Source of the DNA: Hormiphora californensis
Lineage: Eukaryota > Animalia > Ctenophora
Length of the DNA stretch: 64,000 nucleotides
Reading direction: 5' to 3'
Assembly: GCA_020137815.1 (NCBI GenBank)
Contig: CM035358.1
Coordinates: 930,001 to 994,000 of the forward strand
The position numbers and the translations under genes are program-made. Below are positions 1 through 18,141 of this stretch, one piece after another (positions within the stretch are counted from its first letter, which is position 1; each line of letters begins with the position of its first letter). Under the pieces are notes generated by a model. It was given only the letters and a program-made list of their open reading frames with translations. It had not been told where the DNA came from and ran no database searches.

Positions 1-2016
1 TGATCACAAAGTAGAACTCAACGATGATGGTCAGGAACTAGAACTGGTTGCAGGAACCCGAGGAGTTCTATCCGTTAACCCCACAATGATGATCCGGAAC
101 TATCGGCAGCTTACACAGGTAGAACAAGGAAAACCCGCATACAGAGAGAGAGATTCAGCAATACCAAATGCCCAAATGTTATGTGTGGGTGAAGCCCTTT
201 CAGTGCCTGTATTTGCTGGTAGTTCTAATAAAGCCTTCACATATAATGGACATACATAGTCACTCTGTGACTCTATATGTGACACATGGTGCTCTATATA
301 CGTGACACGACACACAGAAGGTGTTCCAGATGGGCTCACCACTGTGTGACTACTTGCAAAATAAGATAATAGACAGCTACCCTGTGTCTGACACAAGGAC
401 ATGTATGCTCTCTATTGTGAAAAACCACGTTACTGGCATAATTTGAATCAGAACTTATTATGAGGCCACTACAAACTGAGAAATAAAATTAATACTAGAA
501 TCTAGCCAGCTCTCGTAATAATAATTATAGAAAAAAGGAAAAGAAACAGAACTGTTCACAATTGGTGAGGGTGAACGGCTGCAAGTGCAATTGAGCTATC
601 ACTGATTACACCTACCCCTAGATTCATCAACGAGTATTTTCTGGACTATCGCATACAGTGATGCGGCTGCCATGTCACGTAATATCACCCAGCTGTAACT
701 TCAGTAGATCTCCTTTGCAGAGAGCCTTGGAAACCACAGAGTTCTACACAACTAACAATGTACTTCTAAAAACACGAAGATTTAACAAAATCAGAGCACA
801 CGTAAGAGTCAGTGAGAGTCTTTACGCCGATTATATGTAACCACATTGCATGAGGTATGGACGCGGCCTATAATAAGTACAGGCTGCATCAGCTCTGAGA
901 GAGAGGAGAATATATAATAAGGCAAGGGGGGCAACATTCATGAAATGGTCTAGGATCGTTGAGCTGTTTATGCAGCAGGACGTGCTATGTAGTTTACTAC
1001 ATGAGGCAGGGGAACATAACATGTGTAATGTGACATGCTTATTTAGTAGCAGTTTAATGTGTTCAATGAAGAGGAAAGCAAAACGGTGATTAAATCAGTT
1101 ATTTATATTGTCTCCGGAGTAAAAGGTCGGTTTTCCTGTTCAAATAATGGTCTGTTGTCAACGGCCTGTAATGTTATCCAGTCAGAGAATGATTTAGTGT
1201 AATTTTGTCTCCTGTCTTTTCGTCTTTAGTCAAAGTACAAATCTCTTTCTCTCTCTCTCCCATGCCCCAATTCTCATATATAACTGGTCTACAAACTAAT
1301 AACCTAATTCCTTTACTTCATTCCTCTGGCTATCTCTTTCTCTTTCTATCTTTCCCAATCATTCTATCTTTCCCAATCAATCTCTCTTCCTCTCTCTCTC
1401 CTTACTCTTTTCTTTGTTCATTTAGCTGTCTCTTTATCCTTTTAGGTTCCAGACAACCGTCTTTGATCTCTCTAACATCAGAAATTATAGGGTTCATCCC
1501 CCGGAGAAGGATCAAGAGAGAGAGGGAGAAACATAAGACAAATATTAGATAAAAATGAAAACTCCTACATCTTCAAACTTACTAAATTTTGCGACGAATT
1601 GAGCCATCATTGCAAAATCCATCGCCATCTTTCAATCTATACTCGAACTACTCCAACTGTATACAAATCAACCGAAGATTTAAAAGAAGCACACCGAAAA
1701 ACAATCGCTACAGTTGTTTTGTCACCATCGTTAGAATAGATCCATGCTCTCTCTCTCTAACACATGTGTATCGCTCATGTTCATTTCCGACGCTAATAAC
1801 TATAATTTGCACCGTGCTACAAGTGGGTCAAAAGCTGATGCACCAAAGTGAGAATAATGCTGAGTTATAGTACACCGTTGGTTTGAAACCACCAAATACC
1901 AATCACCATTTACCATGTAACCGTAGACGTCAGATGGGAGTTGTAGGGTTGGGCATCCATGATGGTGGTATTATTTTGGTGACATGATCTTTCCAAATAT
2001 GACAGCTAGATCTGAC

Positions 2017-2091
<75 letters not shown>

Positions 2092-2299
2092 GGGATATAT
2101 TATTAATTGATGGGTGTGTATTTTGGATGACAGGCACGTCATGCAGTTGCAGATTACCGCAATGATCAAGTATGCAAGAGTCTAAATTTAGACAGAGAGA
2201 GAGGAAGATCGGTGCACATTTTCCTATTACCGGGCATACCGATCAGTAACTGTAATTGCACCACGTACTAGGATGATGAATGATCCCACTAACAAATAC

Positions 2300-3120
2300 A
2301 GGATGAGCCCACGTACCATAGAGGCCAGGATGAGCCCACGTACCTATAGAGGCCAGGATGATAACCCACGTACCATAGAGGCTAGGATGAGCCCACGTAC
2401 CATGATAAAGGCCAGGATGAGCCCACGTACCATAGAGGCCAGGATGAGCCCACGTACCATAGAGGCCAGGATGAACCCACGTACCATTATAGAGGCCAGG
2501 ATGAGCCCACGTACCATGATATAGAGGCCAGGATGAGCCCACGTACCATAGAGGCCAGGATGAGCCCACGTACCATAGAGGCCAGGATGAGCCCACGTAC
2601 CATAGAGGCTAGGATGAGCCCACGTACCATAGAGGCCAGGATGAGCCCACGTACCATAGAGGCCAGGATGAGCCCACGTACCATAGAGGCCAGGATGAGC
2701 CCACGTACCATGATAAAGGCCAGGATGAGCCCACGTACCATAGAGGCCAGGATGAGCCCACGTACCATAGAGGCCAGGATGAGCCCACGTACCTATAGAG
2801 GCCAGGATGATAACCCACGTACCATAGAGGCCAGGATGAGCCCACGTACCATAGAGGCTAGGATGAGCCCACGTACCATCTAGAGGCCAGGATGAGCCCA
2901 CGATGAGCCCACGTACCATAGAGGCCAGGATGAGCCCACGTACCATAGAGGCTAGGATGAGCCCACGTACCATAGAGGCCAGGATGAGCCCACGTACCAT
3001 AGAGGCCAGGATGAGCCCACGTACCATGATAAAGGCCAGGATGAGCCCACGTACCATAGAGGCCAGGATGAGCCCACGTACCATAGAGGCCAGGAATCAT
3101 CCTGGCCCAGGATGATATCC
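2300..3120. repeat. 27-bp minisatellite (AGGATGAGCCCACGTACCATAGAGGCC)n, ~29 copies
   Basis: Directly visible. Gives spurious MSPRTIEAR ORFs and abuts the minus-strand donor at 3127. Confidence 0.95.
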
Positions 3121-3127
3121 CACTTAC

Positions 3128-8890
<5,763 letters not shown>

Positions 8891-10304
8891 GATCTTCACT
8901 CAAACAAGACTATACTGCACGTGTGTGAGAGAATTTTAAGATTTGGATTATATGGAAATGCAAATTACTGACGACAAGTAACTGTTCAAGGCAAGTAACT
9001 GGTTCAAACAATGGGGGTGGGGTAACATGCAATGCAAATGTAGATAAATTATGTGATTACATACCACAGCCCCTGCATACCGAATTAATGACTAGGTCAG
9101 CAGAGGGAGTAGCAAACGTTTAATATGCCCCACTCTATGACTAATATTCAAGCACTGACTTGGGGAGAGTTAGGTCATCACAAGATGCACGATCAAGTGA
9201 AGCTCCCAGTGAAGTTTCAGTACAATGAAAGGACACTGAAGAGTGAGAAGTAATGAGAAGTAGTACCGTCCAATAATATGTGAACAAATATGATCACGTG
9301 ACCAGTACACGTGTTAAGATAAGACCTTCTTATTACTAATCGTTTCTTTATGAGATATCTATATTAGAGGAAACAGAAACAAACACAGCTTTGTTTTTGC
9401 GTGGTGAAATCAACTGGATGTGAGAGAGAGAGAGATCTCAACACATTTTGTATGTTTCCGGTGTAATTAAACGGATATAATTCACCGCCGTTATTGTGAG
9501 AAGCAACATCATGCACAGCAGACACGCTATTCTGGAATCTGGTTTCTGGATTGAGCACGGGTGATTCGATAAATTCGACATTCCTAGTGTAGTACAACTG
9601 ACACAAGAGGCTGCGTATATTATCTATTGAGTATCTCTGATCATGGCATTGTGTGCTACCTGGGAGTGTATCTTACAGTGATATAGTATGTGATAATCTG
9701 ACAGGATTGGGAGTTATTATGGTGAATCATGAAAGCAACCAGCAACCTAAACTATACTGATTCACAATCCTAGTTATGCTCAAGACAATGACGCCGACGG
9801 ATACAACAGTACCACTTGAGCCAAGCGCCTTCGGGGCGCAGTGCGAGGTACAGTCGAACCAAACCAAACACAGTCCTAGTCGGCGAAACAAGAAAGCAAC
9901 CTAAACTAAACAGTGCTACTGCAGCCCTAGTTAAAATCACAGAAGTCGATTTCAACCTGTATTTTCTGATGTTTGGAACAGCATGTAATCAGAACGGTCA
10001 ACTGGTCGTGTATCACAGTCTCACGAATCCAATCAAAGCAAGGCCGCAAGGAGATGAAGTGGGAGAGAGAGAGAGAGAGGAGATAACTAGAGAGCGAGAG
10101 AGAGAGATAGATATAGATCGAGAGCGAAGAGGTCTAAACGAGTGTGGATTCCCACGGACCCCCCAGATTTCTCCCCCTAACTGATTCAACTCGCTACTTT
10201 CCCATGTCCATACTTAAAACGACTTACGCCTGTGATTCTTCAATCTCAATTTCCCAGCTAGAAAGGCTCACAAGGACAACAGTACGAGAGAGGGATAGAT
10301 AAGA

Positions 10305-10508
10305 GAGCGCGGCGCTCGCTTTGCTCGCTCGGCTGCGCGCGAGCGCCTTGCTCGCTCGCGTTCTCGCGCGCGCGCGCGCGCGCGGCTCGCGATCGCGCGC
10401 CGCGATCTCTCCCTCGTCGCGCGCGCGCGCTCGATCTCGCTCGGCGCGCGCGCTCGCGAACGCGCGCGCTCGCGCGTCTCGCTCTCGCGCTGCTCTGTCT
10501 CGCGCGGG
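10305..10508. repeat. CG/CT low-complexity tract rich in (CG)n
   Basis: About 200 bp composed almost only of CG and CT dinucleotides. Confidence 0.8.
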
Positions 10509-10509
10509 A

Positions 10510-13500
10510 TTTCACTGAACACACCTTGAATTGCCTAGACAAAGCTTCCACAATTTCTTTCTTATCAGTGATCAATTCGCCAGATTCTCCAGTTAACGCC
10601 GAGATACTGTTGCTGTCACCAGCGAAACGCTTAGCGTAGCTGTAGAAGTTACTTGGCGTTTGTTTTGATCTTTTCAAACTGCCAGTTTTTTCCTGCTTTA
10701 TATTCTCATCCAGGATAGCATCCCGGATTTCCCCATAAAGCACATCGATCCTCTTTTGGAGAGCTTCAATCTGACTGATTGGAGTATCTTTTTCTCCAAG
10801 AGCAGTGCGAGACGCCCTTTCGCAGCTCTTTTTTTCCGAGAAAGTTTTCTGACAAGCTTTGGCCTCCCCCTTCTCGGTTTTCCTAGGTGCATGAATCTGA
10901 GCAATCTGGAAACAATATATCCTGAATACTCGAGGAAGCTCTTCCGTGGTGCACTTACCGAAACAGCTTCCCAATAACCTTTTTTACCGCCTCACATATG
11001 CCTCTGTATCTGTTTGTACATATCCAGTGAACGAAACTCATCAGCAGCAAACTGAGGTGGCACAGTGTTCCCTGGCTGCAGAGCACGGATTCCGAGTCAC
11101 ACCAAACTCCAATAGGTTGTGGTCCGACAACCTAGTCTCCTTGCTCCTCACACGGTTAACCAGTGTCTCAGAGTTGCTGAAAACCAAATCCAAGTAGCTG
11201 CTGCCTCTCGATGGTACATCAAATATTGAGAAAGCAGCGTGTCCTCAGTGAAGCTAAGCAGTGCATCACTATTTGCTGTTCTTGGGTTTGCCTCAGGTGG
11301 ATTCCAAGCGATCTCAGGTGATTTGCAAAACAGTTAGAATGAAAAGTTCTTTGAATTTGTCACCAACAGGGTCTCCAGATTCCTCACATAATGTCTGCAG
11401 TTCGTCCCAATCAACAGAAGCAATGTCTACATTCATATCTTCAAAGTTGGCTTTCTGAATGTCCAACCCTCGGAAACTCATGTGGTCCCACTTTTTGATG
11501 GTGGTCTGCTGTTTCCATAAGGGGGTTTATCACCAGAGTACAGTTAACTATCCTGTGGTCAGAAATCTTTGTCTCTTCGGTTGTCACAGTTGATACGTAT
11601 TGGGGTGAGTTGGTCATTATAACATCCAGAGTATTACTTCCTCTGGTTGGTTTTGTCTACGACCTGAGTTAGGAAATTTTCCTCAATGAAGTCACAGTGC
11701 GTTGATAAGCCGCTATGTTGGCAGCAGCTGACGGCAGGGATTTTCTTTCCAGTTGAAAACGGCAAGTTTAGATCGCCATGATAAACATTTCAGGGCTCCT
11801 TTCATTGGACAGAGAGATCGATTTTATCTTGGAGATATCATCAACTGTGATAAGGACTGGTCAGATGAGTCGGGGGGACGGTAAACACAGGAAAACAACA
11901 TGTTTTTAGCTTTACTAAAAGCCAATACCAGACTGCATTCTCGGTCACTGAACGAGTATGCAAAGCTGATTGGGATGTCCTCACGAATGTACAGAACACA
12001 ACCTCCTCCTTTCCGGTCAGGACGGTCAGATTCAATTCAATTTTTTTTTTCAATTCAAATAATTTGCGCACAAATACACAGGATATTTAAAAAAAATAAA
12101 CCTCCTCATTAGTCATTAATAACACACCAGCTCAGCAACAAACAACTTCATCAAGATTGGAATTGATCAGGACGCCACTGAGGATAGAGTTGTTGTTCGA
12201 TTGAGATGGATACCCGATAATAGGTGGAGTATCAGGGATGAAACAAAGGTAGACACCCAGACGTGATTTAAAATGGGAAAGTGTCGGTGCCTCCTTAACA
12301 TGTCGTGGTAGAGTGTTCCACAGTTGGGGGCCCTTAACTGCAAAAGAACCCTCAAACATGGTGAGATTTGATCGTTGAGCTTCATAAGAATATCTGGGAA
12401 CGATTGCTCTTGGTCCAGAACGGGGGCTCTCCACAAAGCCCATGTTTGTGGTGTTTGGTGATTCACCATTGTATATTTCCAGACCATTATCATAGTGTAT
12501 CTCTCACGACGTCTTTTGAAGTGACAGTAGACACAGGGATCGGAGTCTCTGCCAGTAGTCCAGGCCTTTAAGGCCGGCGATTTTACGAGTAAAAGCACGT
12601 TGAATATCCTCCTAAACGACTGATATCGCCAATCTTGGTGGGGGACCAAAGAGTACAACAGTAGTCCAGGTGTGACGCACCAGGATTTGTAGAGGGTAAC
12701 CATGGTGCTCCGAGAACGGGACCTGAATGCACTGAGGGTCCAGCCAGCAAACTACGTCTCGCCTCTGATATTACACGAGATATCTGGGCTGACCTATGAA
12801 CCGTCGGAGGGAGAGAAGAACGCCAAGATCACGAACAGTACGGGAAGGGATAATAGCTTACACGTCTGAAAGATGATATGTATAGTTTCTCGGCACTAAA
12901 GGGCATTTCCCTGAGAGATGATGTGATTTAGTGTATAGTTCATCACTTCAAACTTTGCTGGTGGTGGAGACGACATATTGTTGATATCTGCCCAAGAAAT
13001 GATGCTGTTGAGATCCTCTTGAAGGAGGACCTTATCCAGTAGCGTTCGTATAGCAGAGAAGATTTTGGTATCGTCTGCAAACGACAAGGACGAGCCGGTT
13101 TGACTACAGAATCTAGGTCGATCACATATATGAAAATAGGATTGGGCCTAGAACTGTCCCTTGGGGTACACCACCAATCACTTGAGCGAAAGAGGAAGGG
13201 ACAGCCGTACCATAACAGTTTGCATCCGATCGGTAAGGAAACTACTTAGCCAAGATAAAAGTCTGCCCTTGACACCATATTCTGGAGTTTTTCCAATAGA
13301 ATGCCAATGTCACCTTATCAAATGCCTTCTCAAAATCGAGGTAGATAACATCTACCTCGAGGAGACCATTGAGATTGTTCAGTAGGTGTCAATATGACGA
13401 GTGAGTTGCGAAAGACAGCTCCGCTTACTTCTGAATCCATGTTGAGAGTCATTAAAAAGATTTTTGACTCAAATACGATACAAGTTGGGAACGAACAACT

Positions 13501-16500
13501 CTTTCGAAAGTTTTAGTAATGTGACTGGTCAATGAAATTGGCCGATAGTTTGCAGCACATGACTTAGAACCCTTTTGTGAGAGGGGTGATATGAACTGCT
13601 GCTTCAGGTACGTAGGAACTGCACCTGAGTTGAATGATTTACACCACAGGATATACAAAGGTATGATAGAGATGACCGACAGTCACGTAGAATTCTGGCG
13701 GGAATATCCCCTGGTGGGCCTGCGGAGTAAGGGTTCAGATCGGCTAAAGCCTTCTCAATATCCGATGGAGAGAACAATATGTCTGAAATACTGGACGTTG
13801 ATGGCGATATAGATAGGCGCTGCAGCTGAAGGGGATGTAGAAGGGGAGCTAAACACAGAAGTGAATTGGGACTGGAATAACTCGGCCTTTTCAGAAGCTT
13901 CATCCGTTAGTGATCCATCCTCTCGTAAAAGTGGTGGAATCGTGAACGCATTTTTACGCTTTCGATTTGATAGGACCAGAAAAACTTCGGATTTGACTTG
14001 ATTTTATCCAAAGCCCCCTGTTCCTCATCATCCAACCGCTGTGAGATGTGGGCCATTATCCTCAGCGTGACCCTGGCAACACTAATTTCAAGTTGTGATA
14101 GATTTGGAGTAGTGTTGTTGCCGAGCGATAGACAAACGTTTGTTGAGACTTCTCTGCTTAATTTTCAGGCGCCTCAAAATAGGATCACGACGTTTGTTTC
14201 CCGCTTTCTTTTTCTCTTGGAGGATAGACAAGACCTGCAAGATGGTCAAATTGAAAAGTTGGACAAAATCTGATCCGTCCCCGTCATTACAGATATCAGC
14301 AAGAGCATCCCAGTCGATAAGGTTTAGCTCGTTACGCATTGATGGGAAGTCCGCTTCATGAAAATTGAATGCAGAAAATCCTCAAGATTGGAGTCACGAA
14401 CTGGCTGGGACTTGATACCAAACCCAAGAGTACATGTTACCATTTGGTGATCGGAGAAGTTTGGATCTGATACATTGGTATCTATGACATAATCAGGTCT
14501 GTTAGTCAAAACAAGGTCCAGGGTATTGGATCCTCTGGTTGGACCATCGACAATTTGAGTCAGGAAATGAGAGGCTGAGAAGTCGAGCAGGTTCCGGGAT
14601 GCAGTATCAGGGGCTTCCATGGACACCCAGTTGATGCCAGGCTATTAAAGTCCCCTGTTAAGAAAATGTCCGGTGAGACGTTGTCAGCGCCACAACTGTC
14701 GATGAATTGGGACACACCGTTGAGAAGATCGGCAATTGGAGCATTTGGTGCACGATAAACCACGCCTAGAATGGAGTGGCTTTCTTTAATGTACACGATA
14801 GCTGCACTGCTGGAGGAATCAGAGTAACGGTAGTCGAGTGAGATAGGAAGTTGGCTGTTTACATAGGGGCAACACCCCCACCTCTTCTACCATCACGGTC
14901 ACTCCTGATGAGGTGGAAACCTTCAATGTTCAACTGAGCATCACTAAATGCATCACTCCACCAAGTTTCAGTTATAGCAGTGCATAGTATGGGGTTGAAG
15001 AATTCTGTAAGGTGTCCCTGAGATAGGGAAGCTTCACTTACATTCGCTACCCGCAGAAGGGGTTAAACTACGGGCGTTGATACTGAGTAATTTCGAAATT
15101 TCCAGTGCTCCTGGGAATAGCATTGGAGTTGTTGCACAGGGCTGGCTGAGGGGAAGATATTGGGGCCGTGGTGGAGTGTAGCCCTGGAATTCGTCTCATT
15201 GAGTCCAGGGACAGTTTTACCTCCCGTAGTATGTCGTCCCGTACAGTTCCATCAGGTTCATCAGAAAATCCTGCTGCGTATTTTGGCGTTTTTCGACGGC
15301 AGGAGGAGCAGATTTGTCACCTGTGTTTTGGGGACGACTTTGTGAGCCAGACTGAGATTTCCTGTCACCAGATTGGGGTTTTCTGGCATCGTTATTGGGT
15401 TTCTTGGCATTAGGGCGGGGCGTCCTTTCCTCTTTTTGCGGGTGAACTTAAGATGAGTCCTCTTGCAGTCTCTGTTCGTACAGACCCGGGCAATCTCAGA
15501 CTCTTTGCAGAGTGGAGGATGGAGATAGGAGCAGTTGTTCCCTTTGTTACAACCGTGATTCCTAGTCGTCCCGTATTGGCTAAACCTAAGACACATTGGA
15601 GGGTGTTCTTTCTTGCAGGTTTTACCATTAACCAACTTGTCACCTCGGTTACCGTGCGGGCAGTCCCTTAGTAGGTGGCGTTCACAGACATTTTTGAACT
15701 TGGATTGGATTTGATAGGAAGTTTGGGTTTCTTATCATCCTGATCCTCGTCTGTGTTTCTCCTCCGAACTCAACTCGGGGATGATCTTGGTGTCTAGAAC
15801 AGTTAAACCACCGACTGGAGTTGTCATGTCGGGATCATTTTGTTGGCTTTGAGAACTGTCGATGTTGGCCTGGGATTCACCGACTTGGGAGGTTTGAGAA
15901 TTTTTGATCTCTTTTTTGTTCACCTTGGTCTTCTTCTTTTTCTTCATCCCACTTCTGCCTACTTTGGGACTGATCTTGAGTTGGAATTCCGAATCAGACA
16001 GGTTTGGGTTATCTGGGTAATGTCACCGGTAAAGGTTTCGGTTATCCCATTTTTCTTCTCACAAGGTGAACTATCCAGTGGGAGCCAGGAATAGATCCAG
16101 GAGACCCTGCCATCGCGTCACATACGTGGGCTCCTTGGCCACAAAGGTAGCAGCGAATAGAAGGAGATTCGCCGAGCTTAAAGGCGTACATTTCGTTACA
16201 CCCCTTGCATCTACAGGGAAAGTGGCTTTCGAGCTGCATGATAAGGTAGCCGATAGCGTGGTGCGATTTTGGTACCGTTTTGTTTTTCAGCATTTGACCC
16301 GGGAGAAGCACCAAAAAATCTTCCGGCAGCTTCGAGGTGTTCGCAGTTAAAAGCTCGAAACACTTTAGGTTTTTGTTGTAGTGGACATCGTGACGGTATG
16401 CCGATAAACACTTTCCTCGTAAGTGAGTCAGCGCCTGGTTGATAAGAGCTGCAACGGCAAGGATGCTACCATCGACATCGACATCAGAAGTTTCATTTGA

Positions 16501-17510
16501 TTCATTAACCATCTTTGACATAGGGCTAGACCCTAGATAGGAAGATTTGAAACGCACGGGCGCGCGCTCAAATTAATTTGTTTAAAGTAGTGTTGAAAAG
16601 TTTGAACGGTCAGAACGGAAGGTGCTGTATCCTTGCATTTTGATTTGGGCATCTGCAATGTAGTTTTTCAACCATGACTCCGTTATTGCAAGGGCAACTG
16701 TCGGCGGGGAGTTTGGGTTGTTTAACACAAACAGCCTCGATGAAAGGGAGTTTCCACCGAGTGTTCCCCCCTGCAGCGGTGAAATACTTCTCCCATTTAG
16801 TAGGATAATTTTGAGAGGGCAGTATTTGGGTCGGGAGTTGACGATGTACTCCTTGAGTGAGGGTACCTGTAGGTAGAGTGTACTGCACGGCGGGTGTGCT
16901 GTAAGTGGTGGGCCAGCTGGTTGTGCAGCATTGATTCGCTGTGGGTGGGGCCAAGCTGGGAGAGAATTTCTTCCATTCTGTCCGCTTGCCTCAGTGACTC
17001 TTCTCTTGCATTCCTGACCTCCTTCAAGACAATGCTCAGAAAACCCGATTGTAGATGTCCAGGGTTTGCTGCGAAACTGGTCGCAATGGTGAGCCGCTAA
17101 GAGGGAGTTGTTCATCCTGCACTCTCTCTCTCTGGTCAGTGGTGTGAGTGTTAGGTTGCCGTGTTGTCCTAACAATTCCTGACGTTCTTTCCTCTCAGGG
17201 GTTTCCTCTTTCCTTCGTGTACCCTTTAGGTGGAGATGCGGGCAATCAGGGTTTAAGCACTGTCGTTCCTTCATTCTCCGCTGTGAGCCCTCACATAGTT
17301 TTGGGGGAGTTTAGAGCACTTTGAACCCGACTTACAGCCATGGCGGGAATGAGATCCGTACAGTCTAAATTTCCTGCAAACTTTACGGTGGGGAAAACGG
17401 CAGGTTTCCCCATTCACTTCCTTTTTACCGGATATCCCGTGTCTGCAGTAGCCTTCTGCCAAGAATGCACAAGGGACCTTAGATGATTCCCTGCTTGAGC
17501 CAATCACAGC
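10510..17510 (-). mobile_element. Outer decayed non-LTR retrotransposon (CR1/L2-like): CCCH zinc-finger ORF1 end plus APE endonuclease; split by a nested LINE
   Basis: 17271-17507 encodes CCCH fingers (CAFLAEGYCRHG...CRFPH...C). 16610-16830 encodes LLNGRSI...LAITESWL...GYSTFRSDR, which resumes at 12030 as SDRPDRKGGGCVLYIRED. Post-endonuclease sequence (NFYSYAKRF...ELITDKKEIVEALSRQF) follows at 10520-10970. Many frameshifts. Confidence 0.85.
12031..16605 (-). mobile_element. Nested, apparently full-length but frameshifted non-LTR retrotransposon (CR1/L2-like): ORF1 with PHD-like and CCCH fingers, ORF2 with APE endonuclease and RT
   Basis: RT motifs ANYRPISLTSHITKTFERVVR, GVPQGTVLGP and FADDTK. 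Endonuclease motifs GVVYRAP, LTGDFN, PTRGSNTLDLVLTN and SDH. TTGAA-type 3' tail at 12031-12058. Flanked by ACGGTCAGA at 12022-12030 and 16606-16614. Confidence 0.9.
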
Positions 17511-18141
17511 GCAGATTTCAAAAATTTTCTTCCCACGCTACCGTGGGAAAAATCGTAGTGGCTTAACTGGTGTAAACGCTGTGTAAATACTGAACTTTTT
17601 TAGGGATCCCTATTGTTGTACCTCAGTCCTCAAATTAAATAAATTAAATAAATAAAAAAAAATCATTATAAAAATTCAAAATAAAACTTCAAATTAAAAA
17701 TCTGGGTGCGTGCGGCGCGAAAAACCAGAAATTACGCCGCGCACGCCGCGCACGTTGAGAAAAATCTCAGTATTTTTTTAGAACTGGGTTTTTTAAATTT
17801 CAGTTTCCAAAATTTGAAAAGCGCTGCGACTTGCTTAAAAGATTAAAGAAGTTCAAAGGCCTCCTAAAGCTAGGAGGCTCCGGAATCCAGGTGACACATA
17901 AGGAGACACACAGGAGATGACCCACAGCAGCATAGAAGACACCACACACGTGAGAGATTACTTCACATGAGACACCGGTGACCAGGATTTTTGCGCACCA
18001 CGGACCACCAACAATCTTCTGGACTCCTGCATCGAGTGACGAGTCGGCTCATGGGAGTTGCAATTGTTTTTATGTCACTGGTTTCTAAGAGCTTACGCAG
18101 AACCTAAATCTTTCACAGCTGATTTCTAAAATTTCATTAGA

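Noticed and set aside
2243-3115. MSPRTIEAR / MVRGLILAS repeat ORFs
   Set aside because: By-products of a 27-bp minisatellite, open in several frames on both strands.
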